Source: Candidatus Velthaea sp. (lineage in GTDB: Bacteria > Vulcanimicrobiota > Vulcanimicrobiia > Vulcanimicrobiales > Vulcanimicrobiaceae). From it: a DNA stretch of 59,493 nt. Position 1 is the first letter of the stretch. Each line of letters opens with the position of its first letter. Location of the stretch: the NCBI GenBank assembly GCA_050012475.1, contig JBEKHC010000020.1, positions 1-59,493 of the forward strand, in the 5' to 3' direction. The position numbers were made by a program, and so were the translations under genes. Of the stretch, positions 39,205 through 48,772 are shown in pieces. The notes beneath the pieces are model-generated. The model did not search any database and was not told the DNA's origin. It saw nothing but the letters and a program-made list of their open reading frames with translations.

Positions 39205-39325
39205 TTAAGGAACGTTTGGGGGCCGACCCTAATATTTAGAAATGTTTGAGCCCGTCTCTAAGGAACATTGCGGCCTCAATCAATCTAAGGCACGTTGCGG
39301 CCTAACGCTAAGGAGCGTTGGGCCT
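39205..39325. repeat. Array of about five imperfect 18-20 bp direct repeats
   Basis: TTAAGGAACGTTTGGGGGCC (39205), TTAGAAATGTTTGAGCCC (~39237), CTAAGGAACATTGCGGCCT (39258), CTAAGGCACGTTGCGGCCT (39285), CTAAGGAGCGTTGGGCCT (39308). Confidence 0.75.
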
Positions 39326-40077
39326 CATTCAGCATCGATCGTTAGCGCCGGCAACTCGCCGCCGAGCGCTTCGATCGTCCAGCGTTCTCCCGAAGCAATC
39401 GGCGGGACGCGTGTCATCGATCCGGTCGAAACGATTTCGCCCGGCAACAGGTCGCGACCGACGCGCTGCAAGTCGCCGCGCAGCCAGCGCAGCGACCCCG
39501 GCGCACCGCCGTCGACGTCCGATCCTGCCCCGCGTTCGACGACCTCGCCGTTGCACAGGAGCTGGACGGGCATCGCGGTGAGGAGCTCGGCGCCGGCGGG
39601 GCCGATCGGCCGCCGCTCGCCCACGATGAGCGCGGCGTGCAGTCCAAAATCCGCGATCGCGTCGAGGTAGCCGAAATCCCAATTCCGGACATGGCTTTGC
39701 ACGATCTCGAAGCCGAGTGCGGCCCACGCGATGGTGCCGTCAGCGCCCAAGCCGACGACGACCTCGGGCTCGATCCGCGGACCCAGCAGCAGCCGCGCAT
39801 CGATGCGCCGTTCGCCGCACAGCGTTTGGTCGTACACCGGTGCGGCGAGCTGGGCCTCGGCAGCGAATTGGCTGCGAACCGCCGCGTTGGTGAAGCCGAC
39901 TTTGTATCCCGCCGGGGTCGCGCCGGCGGCGATGCGCAGCGCGCGGACCCGTTCGGCGATCGCCAACGCATCGGTCTTCGAGAAACCCGCCGCCCGGCTA
40001 GGCGCGGAAACGAACGTCCGGTGCTGCCAGGCCTCGACCAAACCCGCGGCAACGGCTTCTTGCTGCGCCGGGGTCAC
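39325..40077 (-). CDS. 2-keto-4-pentenoate hydratase-like (FAH superfamily)
   Basis: GYKVGFTN, PRIEPEV, FEIVQS, IADFGLH, GEIVSTGS. Confidence 0.82.
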   Translation of the reverse strand: MTPAQQEAVAAGLVEAWQHRTFVSAPSRAAGFSKTDALAIAERVRALRIAAGATPAGYKVGFTNAAVRSQFAAEAQLAAPVYDQTLCGERRIDARLLLGPRIEPEVVVGLGADGTIAWAALGFEIVQSHVRNWDFGYLDAIADFGLHAALIVGERRPIGPAGAELLTAMPVQLLCNGEVVERGAGSDVDGGAPGSLRWLRGDLQRVGRDLLPGEIVSTGSMTRVPPIASGERWTIEALGGELPALTIDAE

Positions 40078-40118
40078 CGGGCAGCGCCATTCATTCGAGC
40101 GGGTCCGGCTTTTCGGAC

Positions 40119-40187
40119 GGATTGCGATGGACGGCTTGGGCGAAGCCCCAAACGCCTCGGGTTCGCCGAGCAAGCCGAGACGAATCC
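40119..40187. repeat. Hairpin-type intergenic repeat, family B copy 2
   Basis: GGATT...GGCTTGGGCGAAGCCC...GGGTTCGCC...CAAGCC...AATCC imperfect hairpin between nagA and the hydratase gene. Confidence 0.45.
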
Positions 40188-40190
40188 ATT

Positions 40191-41381
40191 TTACGCGCGG
40201 GTCGGCCGGGCGCGCTCGAGGTTGGCCGAGCCGTAGACGGCGACGCCCCCGATGAGCGTCGCGAGCACCTCGTACGACGGGCCCCAAATCGACAGGTCGG
40301 CACGCTTGCCGGGTTCGAGCGTCCCCAATTCGCGTTCGAGCCCGAGCAGGTGCGCGGGGCTGCGCGTCGCGTTGACGATCGCCGTCTCGAACCCGATCGC
40401 CGCGTATTGCATGAGGTTGCGCACCGCCTGATCGATGTGCAAGGCGCTGCCGGCAATGGTGCCGTCTTCGGCGCGCACCACGCCGCCTTCGATCCGGTAG
40501 CCGCTGCCGGCGGGCGGCATGTTATCGGTGGTGAGCACCAGCCGTTCGCGCAGCGTGCGGTAGGTCAAGTCGACCATCGGCGGTGAGACGTGATAGCCGT
40601 CGGCGATCATCTGGACCGTGGTGCGCGACTCTTGGATGAAGGCGGCGAGCAGGGATGGATCGCGGTGATCCAGCGGCGGCATCCCGTTATACGCGTGGGT
40701 GAGGGTGCGAAAGCCCAGGCCGATGGCGAGCATCCCTTCGCGGTAGTGCGCGGAAGTGTGACCTGCTGAGACGACGATCCCCTGATCGAAAAACATCCGT
40801 GCCACGTGCTCGACGCCCTCGGCTTCGGGCGCCATCACCACCATCACGAGCGCGCCGCGGCAGGCTTCGATCATCTCGTTGGCCCGCTCGATGGTCGCCG
40901 GCATCAGCCATTCGGCCCGATGGACGCGGCGGAATTTCGGGTTGAGAAACGGTCCCTCAAATTGGATGCCCAGGCAGCGCGCGCCGATCCGGTCGGCGGA
41001 TTCCTCAAGCTGATTGGCCGTTTCGCTGATCTCCGACGCGGCGTGCATCATCGATTCCCAGGGCGCGGTCATGACCGATGCGACGAACCCCGTCGCGCCC
41101 ATGCGGGCGTAGGCGCGGGCCGCTACCTCGACCGCGTTGCCCTGATCGCGATTGAAGAGAAACTCGTCGGCGCCATTGGTGTGGACATCGATGAGGCCCG
41201 GAGCGACGATCGCGCCGGCCGGCAACCTGATATCACTCGGGCCCTCCTCGGGCAGAATGCGAGCGATCTTTCCGCGCTCGATCGCGAGTCGTCCGGAAGC
41301 GATCGAGCCGTCGCCGATCGCGAGCCGGCCCGGGCCGAGAATATAGGTGTCCGACACGGGGGGCGGATTCGGGAAACCCAC
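40191..41381 (-). CDS. nagA: N-acetylglucosamine-6-phosphate deacetylase
   Basis: PGLIDVHTNG, FEGPFLN, MAPE, SAGHT, THAYNGM, IADGYHV, IAGS, GKRADL; start 41381 or 41357. Confidence 0.88.
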   Translation of the reverse strand: MGFPNPPPVSDTYILGPGRLAIGDGSIASGRLAIERGKIARILPEEGPSDIRLPAGAIVAPGLIDVHTNGADEFLFNRDQGNAVEVAARAYARMGATGFVASVMTAPWESMMHAASEISETANQLEESADRIGARCLGIQFEGPFLNPKFRRVHRAEWLMPATIERANEMIEACRGALVMVVMAPEAEGVEHVARMFFDQGIVVSAGHTSAHYREGMLAIGLGFRTLTHAYNGMPPLDHRDPSLLAAFIQESRTTVQMIADGYHVSPPMVDLTYRTLRERLVLTTDNMPPAGSGYRIEGGVVRAEDGTIAGSALHIDQAVRNLMQYAAIGFETAIVNATRSPAHLLGLERELGTLEPGKRADLSIWGPSYEVLATLIGGVAVYGSANLERARPTRA

Positions 41382-41395
41382 CGCCGCGACCTCGA

Positions 41396-44224
41396 TTAGC
41401 GCCGGCCGAAGAGCTTGTCGAGCAGCGACGGCGGCCGCACCGGCGACGCCGGCGCGGCCGCCGTCGCGATCCGCTCGTTGCGCAGGCGCTCGCGTTCGGC
41501 GCGTTCGAGCCGGTCCATATGCTCTTGGGCGCGGCTTTCCAGCGTGCTCTGCAGCGCGACCATCTCGTTCCATGCCGCCGGTGCGCGGCCAGCCTCCCGG
41601 GCGCTGCGATATTCCGACGCCGACACGGTGAAGATGCGCTGGGGAAGGATCGCGTGTTCGCGCAGGTAGCGATCGGCCAGCGTGACCACGTTGCGGCGCT
41701 CCCCGGACTCCTCGTTGTCAGCCAGCGTGTGCACGAAAGTCATCGGCTTGCCGAGCTTGGCGATGCGGCCGTACACGTCGAGTTCGCGGTCCGACAGCTG
41801 GCGCGAAAACAGCGCCAACATTTCGCTGGCGCCCGACGCCACGGCAAACACGATCTGTTCCGCGTCGGGCAGTCCCGAATCGAAGGCCGGCGTGTGCACG
41901 AGCACCAGCTGACGCGGCAGCGGCCACGGCGTCTCGATCAGCACCGGGGTCCGCGTCGCGGCGGCCAGCGCCGAATCGAACGGGATGTCGTCCCACGCCG
42001 CGTCGTCACCCAGCGCGTACGCCCGGCTGACGGGGCCGTAGCGCACGTGGACGGGAAAGCGCATTTCGACGTCGCTGCCTTCGTCGCGCAAAAGGCGCTC
42101 GCCGGCGATCGCATTGACCAGGCTGGATTTGCCGCGCCGCAGCGCGCCGAGCACGGCGATTCGCCAGCGTTCGGGGCGCAGACCGTGTTCGTAGGTGTCC
42201 GGATCGAAGCGTTTGCCGACCTCGGGCGCAACGCGCTGGCGGCCGGCGCTGTCGTCGAGCGGAACCAGCGGATCGGCATGTTCGATGCGCGCCAGCCGCG
42301 ATTCGCGCGCGAAGGTCTCGGTCACGGTTTCGATCCGCGTCGCGAGCGCGGCGATGCGTTGAGCCTGGTCGCGCGCGGCGGCGGCGAGCGCGACGGCGTC
42401 GGCGCCGCGTTCGCGAACTTCCAGCGCGCTGTCGAGCGAGCCCAGCGATTCGACGCGCACGCGCTGGGCCAGTCCCGCAACGCGCTCGCCCAGCCGGCCG
42501 GCGATCGTGATGATCCGTCGGGCGTTGAGCGCGACGTAGGCCGCGACTTCGCGGTCGAAGTCTTCGAACAAGTGCGCGCGCAAATCGGCGATCAGCTCGC
42601 GCTTCATGTACGCGCCGGCCGGCGCGGCGGAAAAGCGCCCGGCGATGGCATTGACCAGCCCCACGGCCGGACCGCCCAGCGCGCCCAGCACGATCGTCGA
42701 ACGCAACCCGGTTTCGATATCCGTGCTCCACGCGCCGCTGCCCGGATCGGCGCCGAAGGCGGTCGCGGCGTCTTCGGTCAGCGGGAGACGTTCCGCGGCG
42801 ATCGCGTCGAGGATTGCGCTGAGCTCCGCGCCGGCGGCCGCGCTGCGTCCGGCGGACACCACCTCGCCGACGGCCGCGCGCGCTTGGGCGCGCATGCGCT
42901 GGGCGATGGTTTCGGCGACGTCGGCGGCAAAGCGTCCGATCTCGGTCGCGACCGTGTCGTCGACGATGATGTGCAGACGGGCGCGATCGCGCAAGCGGGC
43001 GATGTCGGCGGTGTCGAACGCACGCGCCAGGGTCCGCTTGAGGCTGGCGCGCATCTCGGCGCCGCGCGCGACGATCGTCGTTTCGAGCGTCGCACCGATC
43101 GCGACGAGTTCGGCCTGCGCCGCTGACGCGGCGGTGTCCACGGCGGCGAGCGCCGGCAGCAGCGCCCGGTGCTGATCGCGCAGCGTCGCTTCGTCGAGTT
43201 CGAGCGCTGCCGCTTCGCGGGCCAGCGCGTCGCCGGCGCGCGTCGCCAGCCTGCGGGCTTCAGCCGCGGCGCGGCGCAGGCGCGAACGTCCCGTCGTCGC
43301 GACGAGCGAGGCGTCGAGTGCGGCCAAAAATTCTAGGAACCGGCTTTGCGCCACGAGCTCCGGGTTGCCGGTCAGCTGCCCCTCAGCATACTCGCGCGCC
43401 GACAGCGGAAACACCGCAACGTCCGGTGCGTGAATGGCGGCTTGGGCAACGATCCGCGCCGACGCGCTTTGCCACGTTTCGCGGTCGCCGTCCCGCATGC
43501 GCCATAGATCGATCTTCGTCTGGACGATGAAGATGCTCTCGATGTAGCGCCGGATGATGCCCAGAAAGGACGCGTCACCTTCGCTGAACGGCTGCTGCGT
43601 ATCGACCAGATACAGCACCGCGTCGGCGCCGGGTAGGTACGACAGCGTCGCACGGCGATGTGCCGGGTTGATCGAAGCCAGGCCCGGTGTGTCGGCAACC
43701 ACGAAACCGTTGGCGAGGAACGCCGAGTCGACCGCGACGCGGACCAGCGTCGGCGATCCGCGTTCGTCGCCGACGGCGTCGTGCAGCTTGGCCTCTTCGC
43801 CGACGGCGACGAAACGCGTCAGCCGTCCGAGCGGAATGCGCTCTTCGCGGCCGTCGGCGTAGTACGCCGTTGCGCGCTCGTCGGTTGCGTATTGCAGCTC
43901 GGTGATCGTCGCCGTCGAGGGATTGATGTCGGTGGCCAGCAAGCCGACGATCCGCGCCGCGCCCATGCGCTCTTCGAGTTCGACTTTGCCGAGCAGCGCG
44001 TTGAGCAAGAACGACTTTCCGCTCGAGAACTCGCCGACCACGGCAAGGACGAAGCGCCCGTCGCGCAGCCGCCGCAGGGTCCGCTCGAGCTGCTCGCGAT
44101 CTTCTTGCTCGTCGTGCCAGCCGGCCATCCGCGCCAGCTGCGTGCGCAGTTCGGCCAGCGCAGTGACGACCGCGTCACGTGCGCGGCCGTAGGTTACCAG
44201 CGGTTCGTCCGGCGTCCGCGTCAT
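41396..44224 (-). CDS. Dynamin-like protein with two GTPase domains
   Basis: N-terminal G1 GEFSSGKS, G2 PSTAT, G3 DTPG, G4 TKID; helical stalk with hydrophobic LGALGGPAVGLV; second P-loop GALRRGKS. ATGA overlap with the mutase stop. Confidence 0.85.
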   Translation of the reverse strand: MTRTPDEPLVTYGRARDAVVTALAELRTQLARMAGWHDEQEDREQLERTLRRLRDGRFVLAVVGEFSSGKSFLLNALLGKVELEERMGAARIVGLLATDINPSTATITELQYATDERATAYYADGREERIPLGRLTRFVAVGEEAKLHDAVGDERGSPTLVRVAVDSAFLANGFVVADTPGLASINPAHRRATLSYLPGADAVLYLVDTQQPFSEGDASFLGIIRRYIESIFIVQTKIDLWRMRDGDRETWQSASARIVAQAAIHAPDVAVFPLSAREYAEGQLTGNPELVAQSRFLEFLAALDASLVATTGRSRLRRAAAEARRLATRAGDALAREAAALELDEATLRDQHRALLPALAAVDTAASAAQAELVAIGATLETTIVARGAEMRASLKRTLARAFDTADIARLRDRARLHIIVDDTVATEIGRFAADVAETIAQRMRAQARAAVGEVVSAGRSAAAGAELSAILDAIAAERLPLTEDAATAFGADPGSGAWSTDIETGLRSTIVLGALGGPAVGLVNAIAGRFSAAPAGAYMKRELIADLRAHLFEDFDREVAAYVALNARRIITIAGRLGERVAGLAQRVRVESLGSLDSALEVRERGADAVALAAAARDQAQRIAALATRIETVTETFARESRLARIEHADPLVPLDDSAGRQRVAPEVGKRFDPDTYEHGLRPERWRIAVLGALRRGKSSLVNAIAGERLLRDEGSDVEMRFPVHVRYGPVSRAYALGDDAAWDDIPFDSALAAATRTPVLIETPWPLPRQLVLVHTPAFDSGLPDAEQIVFAVASGASEMLALFSRQLSDRELDVYGRIAKLGKPMTFVHTLADNEESGERRNVVTLADRYLREHAILPQRIFTVSASEYRSAREAGRAPAAWNEMVALQSTLESRAQEHMDRLERAERERLRNERIATAAAPASPVRPPSLLDKLFGRR

Positions 44225-45573
44225 CCGCGGATGAGTGCCAGCGCCTCGTCGCGATGCTGCACCATGATCGCTTTGGTGTCGCCTTCGACGTTGAGCCGCA
44301 ACAGCGGCTCGGTGTTGGACGCCCGGATGTTCATCCACCAGTCGGGATATTGGATGGTGATCCCGTCGAGATGATCGATCTCGGCGTCGGCAAAACGGCG
44401 CTCGAGCGCGTTCAGCTTGGCGGGAATGTCGGTGACGGTCGAATTGATCTCCCCCGAACGCGAACGCTTGTCGATCGGAGCGATCACGTCCGACACCGGG
44501 CCGGCTGCCGCGCTGAATACGTTGAGGCATTGCATGAGCGCGATCATGCCGGAATCGGCGAACCAGTTGCGCTTGAAATAGAAATGGCCCGAGTGCTCGC
44601 CGCCGAAGGGCGCGTTTTCGTCGCGCATCACTTTCTTGATGATCGAATGACCGACTTTCGAGCGAACGGGGATCCCGCCGTGCGCGACGATCGCCTCGGG
44701 CACGCTGCGGCTGCTGATGAGGTTGTAGAGGATCTTCGCGCCCGGAAAATGGCGGAGCGTATCGATGCCCACCAGCGCCGTCACGATGTCGCCGCCGATG
44801 AGCTCGGCCTTTTCGTCGACGATGAACATGCGGTCCGCGTCGCCGTCGAAGGCGACGCCGAGATCGCAGTGGCCGCGCCGAACGGCGTCTTGCACGTCGA
44901 CCATGTTTTCGGGCTCGATCGGGCTGGCCGGATGATTGGGGAACGTCCCGTCGAGCTCGAAATACAGCGGCGTCAGCTTGACTTGCGGCAAATATTTGAA
45001 CACGCGCGGAACGGTTTCGCCCGCCATGCCGTTGCCCGCGTCGATCGCGATGCGAAACGGTTTGATCGCCGCGACGTCGTCGATGAAGGTGAGGCAATGC
45101 CGCGCGAAGTCGTCGAGCACGTCCAGCTGCGTGACTTTGCCGGTTCGCGCCGGCGATTGAAAGTTCGCCGCCGCCGCCGCGTCGCGCACTTCGGCCAAGC
45201 CCGTGTCGAGCGAAATGGCAATCGCTTCTTCGCGGCAGAACTTGAAGCCGTTGTATTCGGCGGGATTGTGCGACGCCGTAATCATCACGCCGCCGTCGAA
45301 ACCGTAGTGACCGACCGCAAAATAAATGCAATCCGTCGAGATCAAACCGATTTGGGTGACGTCGGCGCCGGCGTCGGTTGCGCCCGTGGTGAGCGCTTCC
45401 ATGAGCGCGATTCCCGACGGCCGCATGTCGCGTCCGATGCAGATGTTTTTGCGGCCCAGCACTTCGACGAATGCGCGTCCGATCGCGTAGGCGACGTCGG
45501 CATTCAATTGCGACGGCACGATGCCCCGGACGTCATAGCTCTTGAAGACGGAAAGGTCGAAGCCGGTGCGCAT
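44221..45573 (-). CDS. Phosphomannomutase/phosphoglucomutase
   Basis: FKSYDVRG, TASHNP, FDGDADR, GGEHSGH, RASNTEP. Confidence 0.95.
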   Translation of the reverse strand: MRTGFDLSVFKSYDVRGIVPSQLNADVAYAIGRAFVEVLGRKNICIGRDMRPSGIALMEALTTGATDAGADVTQIGLISTDCIYFAVGHYGFDGGVMITASHNPAEYNGFKFCREEAIAISLDTGLAEVRDAAAAANFQSPARTGKVTQLDVLDDFARHCLTFIDDVAAIKPFRIAIDAGNGMAGETVPRVFKYLPQVKLTPLYFELDGTFPNHPASPIEPENMVDVQDAVRRGHCDLGVAFDGDADRMFIVDEKAELIGGDIVTALVGIDTLRHFPGAKILYNLISSRSVPEAIVAHGGIPVRSKVGHSIIKKVMRDENAPFGGEHSGHFYFKRNWFADSGMIALMQCLNVFSAAAGPVSDVIAPIDKRSRSGEINSTVTDIPAKLNALERRFADAEIDHLDGITIQYPDWWMNIRASNTEPLLRLNVEGDTKAIMVQHRDEALALIRG

Positions 45574-45612
45574 CCTCGTGCGCTTTCGTAGGCCGGAGAA
45601 GCTGTACCTCGG

Positions 45613-46209
45613 TCAGCGCGCGAGCGTGATCGTCGTTTCCAGATCGAGTTGCGCCAGCTCGCAGCTGAGCGCGTACGCCTGGTCGTGCACGCCGTCGATG
45701 AATTCGATGATGATCCCGGTCCGCAGCGGGCACGGCGGCTCGGCGGCGAGGGGTGCACTCGTGCCGATGGTAAAGCCGCCGGCGGCACTCGCGTGACCCG
45801 ACGCTGAAAAGAACAAGGCGAACGGTGCTTCGACTAGCTCGCCGGCATCTGCAATAGCCAGCTCGGTCGGCGTCTGCAGCGGCGGGGTATTCACCGCGCG
45901 CACCGGAGCCGCGGCCGCGCCGGCGATCGGCCGGTAGGCGTACAACGTAGCGATGTATTTGTCGCCGTTCCGGACAACGGAAATGCTTGCGCCGGTTCCG
46001 CCGCTCAGCGGGTCGCCGGTGACGGCAGCAAGCGCCCGCGCTTCGCGGACCAATCCGGCGAAGGCCTCGGCGGTGGTCCGCGCTTGCGCCGGCCGCTGCG
46101 CCAAGCCCTCGTAACACGAACCCGCGGCGATCGCCACGATCGCTACCGCCACGACGAGTTCGATGAGGGTCATGCCGCACTCACCGCGGCCCGCGTTGGC
46201 GAAGCGCAC
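45613..46209 (-). CDS. Prepilin-type protein (FimT/GspH-like minor pilin)
   Basis: Class III signal RGECG|MTLIELVVAVAIVAI; C-terminal Cys pair. Confidence 0.75.
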   Translation of the reverse strand: MRFANAGRGECGMTLIELVVAVAIVAIAAGSCYEGLAQRPAQARTTAEAFAGLVREARALAAVTGDPLSGGTGASISVVRNGDKYIATLYAYRPIAGAAAAPVRAVNTPPLQTPTELAIADAGELVEAPFALFFSASGHASAAGGFTIGTSAPLAAEPPCPLRTGIIIEFIDGVHDQAYALSCELAQLDLETTITLAR

Positions 46210-46210
46210 G

Positions 46211-47041
46211 TTATTGCGTCCATCCCGAGCGGTTGGTGTTGCCGTTGCCCCAGCGTTCGTCGCGAAAGTCGTCCGCCGGCGCGTCGGGACCGGCGCAGGG
46301 CGCCTCGTAGGCCGCGTTCGCCGCGTTGCCCCACGGCAGACCGTCGTTGCCGGCAACTTGCTGGTCGTTCGTAAACGGAACCACGCCGGCAATAACCGTT
46401 CGGCAAGTCAAGCGGACATGGATGCGGGTGTCGTCGATACCGGCCGCCGGCGATCCGCCGCCGGGAGCCGTCGCGCCGGATGCGCCGCCGCTGTCGCCTT
46501 GCGCCGCCGAACGCGTTCCGTTGACGGTGGCGATGTCGCGCGAGCCGGAGATCACCGCATAGGGTGCGGTATCGAAGATGCGATAGGTCAGAAAGCGCGT
46601 GCGTGTGCCCAGCAACGCGCCGTTTTCGCCGACGATCGCGACGGTGACGAGTGCCGAGACGCGCTGCTCGTCGATCGCCGCCGCTTGGAGGTTGTTCGCC
46701 GGATCGCTCCCCTGGGCTGGAGTGCTCGCACTCGACGCGGACGTGACGGTGGCCCGGATCGTGTAGCGGAACGGACAGCTTTGCGTGGCGCCGGCATTGC
46801 AACCCGATTTGAGCGCGGAGGTGCTTGCCTCGCCCGACCAGGACGTGCTCGCCCCATGGATCCGGACGACTTGCGCCAGTCCGCTGGTCACGTCCGCGAC
46901 CCCGTCGGCGATCGCGACGTCCGAAAATTGGGCGACGGAAGAAGTCGATGCCGATTTCGCGGCCTGCAGGCTGTTCTCCAGTAACGCACCGGTCAGCGCC
47001 AGCATCAAGGCCATGATGAAGACGACCGGCAGCAGCATCAA
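46211..47041 (-). CDS. PilX/GspK-like minor pilin
   Basis: Hydrophobic N-terminus lacking Glu5; third position in a pilin cluster; four Cys. Confidence 0.55.
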   Translation of the reverse strand: MMLLPVVFIMALMLALTGALLENSLQAAKSASTSSVAQFSDVAIADGVADVTSGLAQVVRIHGASTSWSGEASTSALKSGCNAGATQSCPFRYTIRATVTSASSASTPAQGSDPANNLQAAAIDEQRVSALVTVAIVGENGALLGTRTRFLTYRIFDTAPYAVISGSRDIATVNGTRSAAQGDSGGASGATAPGGGSPAAGIDDTRIHVRLTCRTVIAGVVPFTNDQQVAGNDGLPWGNAANAAYEAPCAGPDAPADDFRDERWGNGNTNRSGWTQ

Positions 47042-48126
47042 GGGAGCGCCGGTACGCAGCGCGAGCGCCGCGGCGCAGCGCAGGGCGACGCGGCGTCGCC
47101 GGGCAGCGCCGGCTGAACGGCGTCGGCATCGGGCGGGTAGCCCGGCGACCCGTTGGCCGGCGGAAGCGGATGCCGCTGCCGGCAGGCGGCCAAGATGCCG
47201 GGGGCGGTTTCGAGCGCTTCATCCGGCCGATAGTCGGCGTGGGGATCGTGGGCATCGAGTCCGTCCGGATTTCCGAGCAGATTGAAATCGCACCAGGGGG
47301 CTTTGGTTTTCCAGCCGTCATAGGAGACGTCGACGTGGGCGTTGATGAAAACGTGGCTTTTGCCTGCGACGCCGAACAGAAAGCGATGCGTTTGGTCGAC
47401 GCGGTAGACGATCGCGTGCCAGAGCGGGACGCCGGTGACGCTGAAGCCGGTCGGCATCGAACCCGCCGCCAGATGCACGATGCGCGCGGTCGCGGCGGTT
47501 GCGATCGTGACCTCGACGATGCCGTTTCCGCCCACCGCAGCGGGCGCTCCGGACGCGCCATCCGTGTAGCGCACGGGCAACGCGCGCGGCGTGCTCGCGA
47601 ACAGAGCCGCGATGCCGTGATAGGCGTTGCGCGCCGGGTCGCCGAGCTGATCCGCGGCGAGTGCCGCGGCGCTGAAGCGCACGACGTGCTTGAGCGCCGG
47701 ATACGCAGCGCCCGAATCGATTGCGCCCGTAGTGACGTCGCGAACCCCGGACGGGCCGCCGGCGTCGTAGTCCCAGCGCCGTAGCGTTTGCGCCGCCGCG
47801 TCGTACACATAGCACCAGCGGATGGCGCGACCGTCGTCGGCGCGCGAGTAAAAGTCGAGTTCTTGGCCGGTGTTCGCGTTGCCGAACCGGTCGGTGTCCG
47901 GAACGAAAACCGCAAAGGCGGTCGCGGCATCGTTGTGCAGTTCGCTGATCTGCTCGTCGACGAGGGCCGCGCTGCCCGTCGCGCCCTGCTCGGCCAACGA
48001 AACGTGCGCGATGGTTTTGCAGGCCGCCAATCCGGCGAGGGCGACGAACGTGATGAGCGCGGTCGCGATGAGCGCCTCGAGCACGGTAAATCCGCGTTCG
48101 CCGTCAAACGCTGCTTGTCTAGACAT
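47038..48126 (-). CDS. Prepilin-type protein (PilW/GspJ-like minor pilin)
   Basis: Class III signal GERG|FTVLEALIAT. Confidence 0.75.
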   Translation of the reverse strand: MSRQAAFDGERGFTVLEALIATALITFVALAGLAACKTIAHVSLAEQGATGSAALVDEQISELHNDAATAFAVFVPDTDRFGNANTGQELDFYSRADDGRAIRWCYVYDAAAQTLRRWDYDAGGPSGVRDVTTGAIDSGAAYPALKHVVRFSAAALAADQLGDPARNAYHGIAALFASTPRALPVRYTDGASGAPAAVGGNGIVEVTIATAATARIVHLAAGSMPTGFSVTGVPLWHAIVYRVDQTHRFLFGVAGKSHVFINAHVDVSYDGWKTKAPWCDFNLLGNPDGLDAHDPHADYRPDEALETAPGILAACRQRHPLPPANGSPGYPPDADAVQPALPGDAASPCAAPRRSRCVPALP

Positions 48127-48132
48127 GCATGG

Positions 48133-48639
48133 TTAAAGCGGGATCGGGCCGGACGGCGTAACGACCGAAGGCAGCCGCGCCGCGTCCGCCGGTTGGCTTG
48201 CAGAGATGACCGAACCTGGAGCCGGCGCTTCTTGGACGAGCGTCGCTTGGACGGTAACGGCGGTTCCGTCGGCGGCGCGCGCGGTGACGAATCCGACGTA
48301 TTTGTTGGCGTCGGCCTGGATGACGTTTGCGACGATGTGGACGCTGCGGGTCACGCCGCCCGGCCCGGGCTCGGCGGCATCGAACGCGATCGACCGGCCG
48401 GCCATCGCCGCGAGGGCGTCGGGATCGTAGGCCGTAGCAGCGCGCAGATCGGTGAGGATGTTCTGGGCCGTGAGCGTCAGCGCCGGCGTGGCGCGGGTAT
48501 GCGCCGCCGCGTGCGTTACGGCGGCGACCGCCGCCAGCGCCGCGCCCGCGCACATCGCGATCAGCGCGACCGCCACGACCGCCTCGATCAGGAGGAAGCC
48601 GGCATCAGCGGGGTGGCCGGCACGCGGTGACCGTTTCAC
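48133..48639 (-). CDS. Prepilin-type protein (PilV/GspI-like minor pilin)
   Basis: Class III signal ADAG|FLLIEAVVAVALI; GTG start estimated. Confidence 0.72.
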   Translation of the reverse strand: MKRSPRAGHPADAGFLLIEAVVAVALIAMCAGAALAAVAAVTHAAAHTRATPALTLTAQNILTDLRAATAYDPDALAAMAGRSIAFDAAEPGPGGVTRSVHIVANVIQADANKYVGFVTARAADGTAVTVQATLVQEAPAPGSVISASQPADAARLPSVVTPSGPIPL

Positions 48640-48684
48640 TGGCCGGACCAGTGCCCGCCGCCGCGCGAAATCATGCCTTGACGA

Positions 48685-48770
48685 ATGCTCTGATTTCGCC
48701 CTGGACGTCGTCGCTTCACGGTGAAGCAAACTTCGCCGCTATGCTCCTCGCCCGAACGAAATCAGAGCAT
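48685..48770. repeat. Palindromic dispersed repeat, family A copy 3 (internally shortened)
   Basis: ATGCTCTGATTTCG...TGAAGCAAACTTCGCCGCTATGCTCCTCG...CGAAATCAGAGCAT; upstream of the pilin cluster. Confidence 0.88.
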
Positions 48771-48772
48771 CC

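Noticed and set aside
39205..39325. CRISPR array
   Set aside because: Repeats are degenerate, spacers only a few to about a dozen bases, and no cas genes are present.
41396..45331. 1311-aa ORF as one giant protein
   Set aside because: The first 369 codons overlap the phosphomannomutase gene in another frame; the real start is the ATGA overlap at 44224.
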